Program-made: the position numbers and the translations under genes
Shown: one piece after another, positions 51,901 to 53,150 of the stretch
Layout of the letters: each line of letters starts with the position of its first letter
Numbering within the stretch: position 1 is the first letter of the stretch
Assembly (NCBI GenBank): GCA_001938485.1
Contig: MQRK01173881.1
Span: 62,001-115,150 of the forward strand
Direction of reading: 5' to 3'
Length of the DNA: 53,150 bases
Origin: Girardia tigrina
Lineage: Eukaryota
Notes under the pieces: model-generated
Databases searched by the model: none
The model's input: the letters and a program-made list of their open reading frames with translations, nothing else
What the model was told of the DNA's origin: nothing

Positions 51901-52578
51901 GTCAAAAATTGTTTCCGGGAAATCAAAATTCAATGAATTTTCTTTTAGTTAAATCAATCTCTTTTCGACTAATCAATTCGATCCTATTAATTGCTGTAGC
52001 AATTCTTGCAGTACGAGTGCGTTGAAGAAACAGATTGTGACGAAGCACTGCGACGATTCCTTGAACAATGTTCCCTTGACCTGTGGGACGGTTGAGACCG
52101 GTCCTTTTTTGAGAAAGAAACTGAACTTTAATATGAAATTGAATAAACACAAATCGAATAAATATATCTCATCTTCCTCTGAGATACAACAAGGGGGCAA
52201 AATCGTAAATGATCTGAACTGTTATTGTGATTTTTTTTAATTTTGTTAAATTTTTATATATAATTTTGAAAATTTTTTATTTAATAAATAATTTGCTAAA
52301 ATCATAGTAATAGTTCTGCATCAACTTAAATAATACCCGCACCAAGAAGCATATCGTTATTTCGGATATTATTTGTTTTTATAAAATATTTTAAAATAAA
52401 ATTAAAAAAATATAAAATAATACTATTATTTTAAGTAGAATGTGTTTTATTTGAATAGTTAGTTTGGTAAACGAAATAACAATAATAACGCTGTATAATT
52501 ATGCTTTTACTAATTTTCTATTTTTTGTCTAAATCAGAATCGCCCTCCCCATAGAATCATAGTCTAGATCCGCCCCTG

Positions 52579-53150
52579 CCAAGATCTATAGATCAAACCT
52601 GTTATCATATTTCTTTTATATTTGGATTAGAAAAAACTGTTAGTTGTATATAACCCTGTATCAGTTTTCTTTCTATAGATCCAGTTTCAAAATAATCATT
52701 TTTCTATCCTTCTATCAACAGATCTAAGAATGGTACAACATGATTGTTTTCATATTCTACCGTTAATTTAAATTTGAATGTAAGGAATTCATATAATTAA
52801 AGAAAGGTGCAACTTGTTATTTATAATCAAACATTAGAAAAATATCATCTACATAACGTTTATAAATTCTAGTTTTAATACCATCATATAAACTTATTTT
52901 CTCTTCAATCTTTGAAAGAAATATCGAAGCTAAATTTGGACCTGGTGGAAAACCGATAGCTACCCCCATAAACCTGTTGATATCATTCATTATTAAATAA
53001 AAATCGTAAATTCAATGTAGCAAAATACAACTGTAAGTAGCGTTTATGCCACTTTCATTATTATCATATTCTTGAGCCATGATTCAACACCACAAAAATT
53101 TATTAATATAACAATTCACATTTCTAAAACAAATTTTCCTGTTAATTTAA
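52579..53150 (-). mobile_element. Penelope-like reverse transcriptase core, degenerate, running off the window end
   Basis: Minus strand YQQVYGVAIGFPPGPNLASIF, IYKRYVDDIFLMF, VPFLDLLI, YRKKTDTGLY. Confidence 0.88.

Larger units (their letters stand above)
45839..52578 (+). mobile_element. hAT transposon (THAP12/PRKRIR- or ZMYM1-like transposase, Tip100-like), 6740 bp composite
   Basis: TIR caggggcggatttag pairs with ctagatccgcccctg. Perfect 8 bp TSD ccaagatc at 45831-45838 and 52579-52586. Decayed transposase FLDRQNISFR..NEGNFRELLRFR..ATYISKTIQNQLI..DETT (about 46100-47015) and dimerisation motif ESRYSSLRRLKTLLRNRMGAERLIGLALL (about 49200-49310). Confidence 0.93.

Overview
Very AT-rich eukaryotic (metazoan) draft scaffold with five N-gaps. 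Composition and transposon content suggest a flatworm such as a planarian, but that is inference only. The one intact host gene is the 3' part of a CSRNP/AXUD1-family gene on the + strand: three exons (10793-11124, 27734-28255, 38040-38693) splice in frame across 16.6 kb and 9.8 kb introns, and no upstream coding exon was found in the window. The rest is dense repeat and relic sequence: at least six mariner copies from several subfamilies, pogo/Tigger, piggyBac, Harbinger and Helentron-type non-autonomous elements, Gypsy and LINE remnants, and an intronless, disrupted exportin-5-like pseudogene (6280-5082, - strand). The two most unusual structures are (i) a cluster of minimal hammerhead ribozymes from Penelope-like elements converging on (TA)n microsatellites at 43.7-44.5 kb, including a fold-back element with a hammerhead on each strand, and (ii) a 6.7 kb hAT transposon with a perfect 8 bp TSD that splits a Penelope RT reading frame and contains a diaphanous-type formin FH2 gene fragment plus nested mariner, Buster and Tigger elements. 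All family assignments come from motif recognition by eye; no searches were run.
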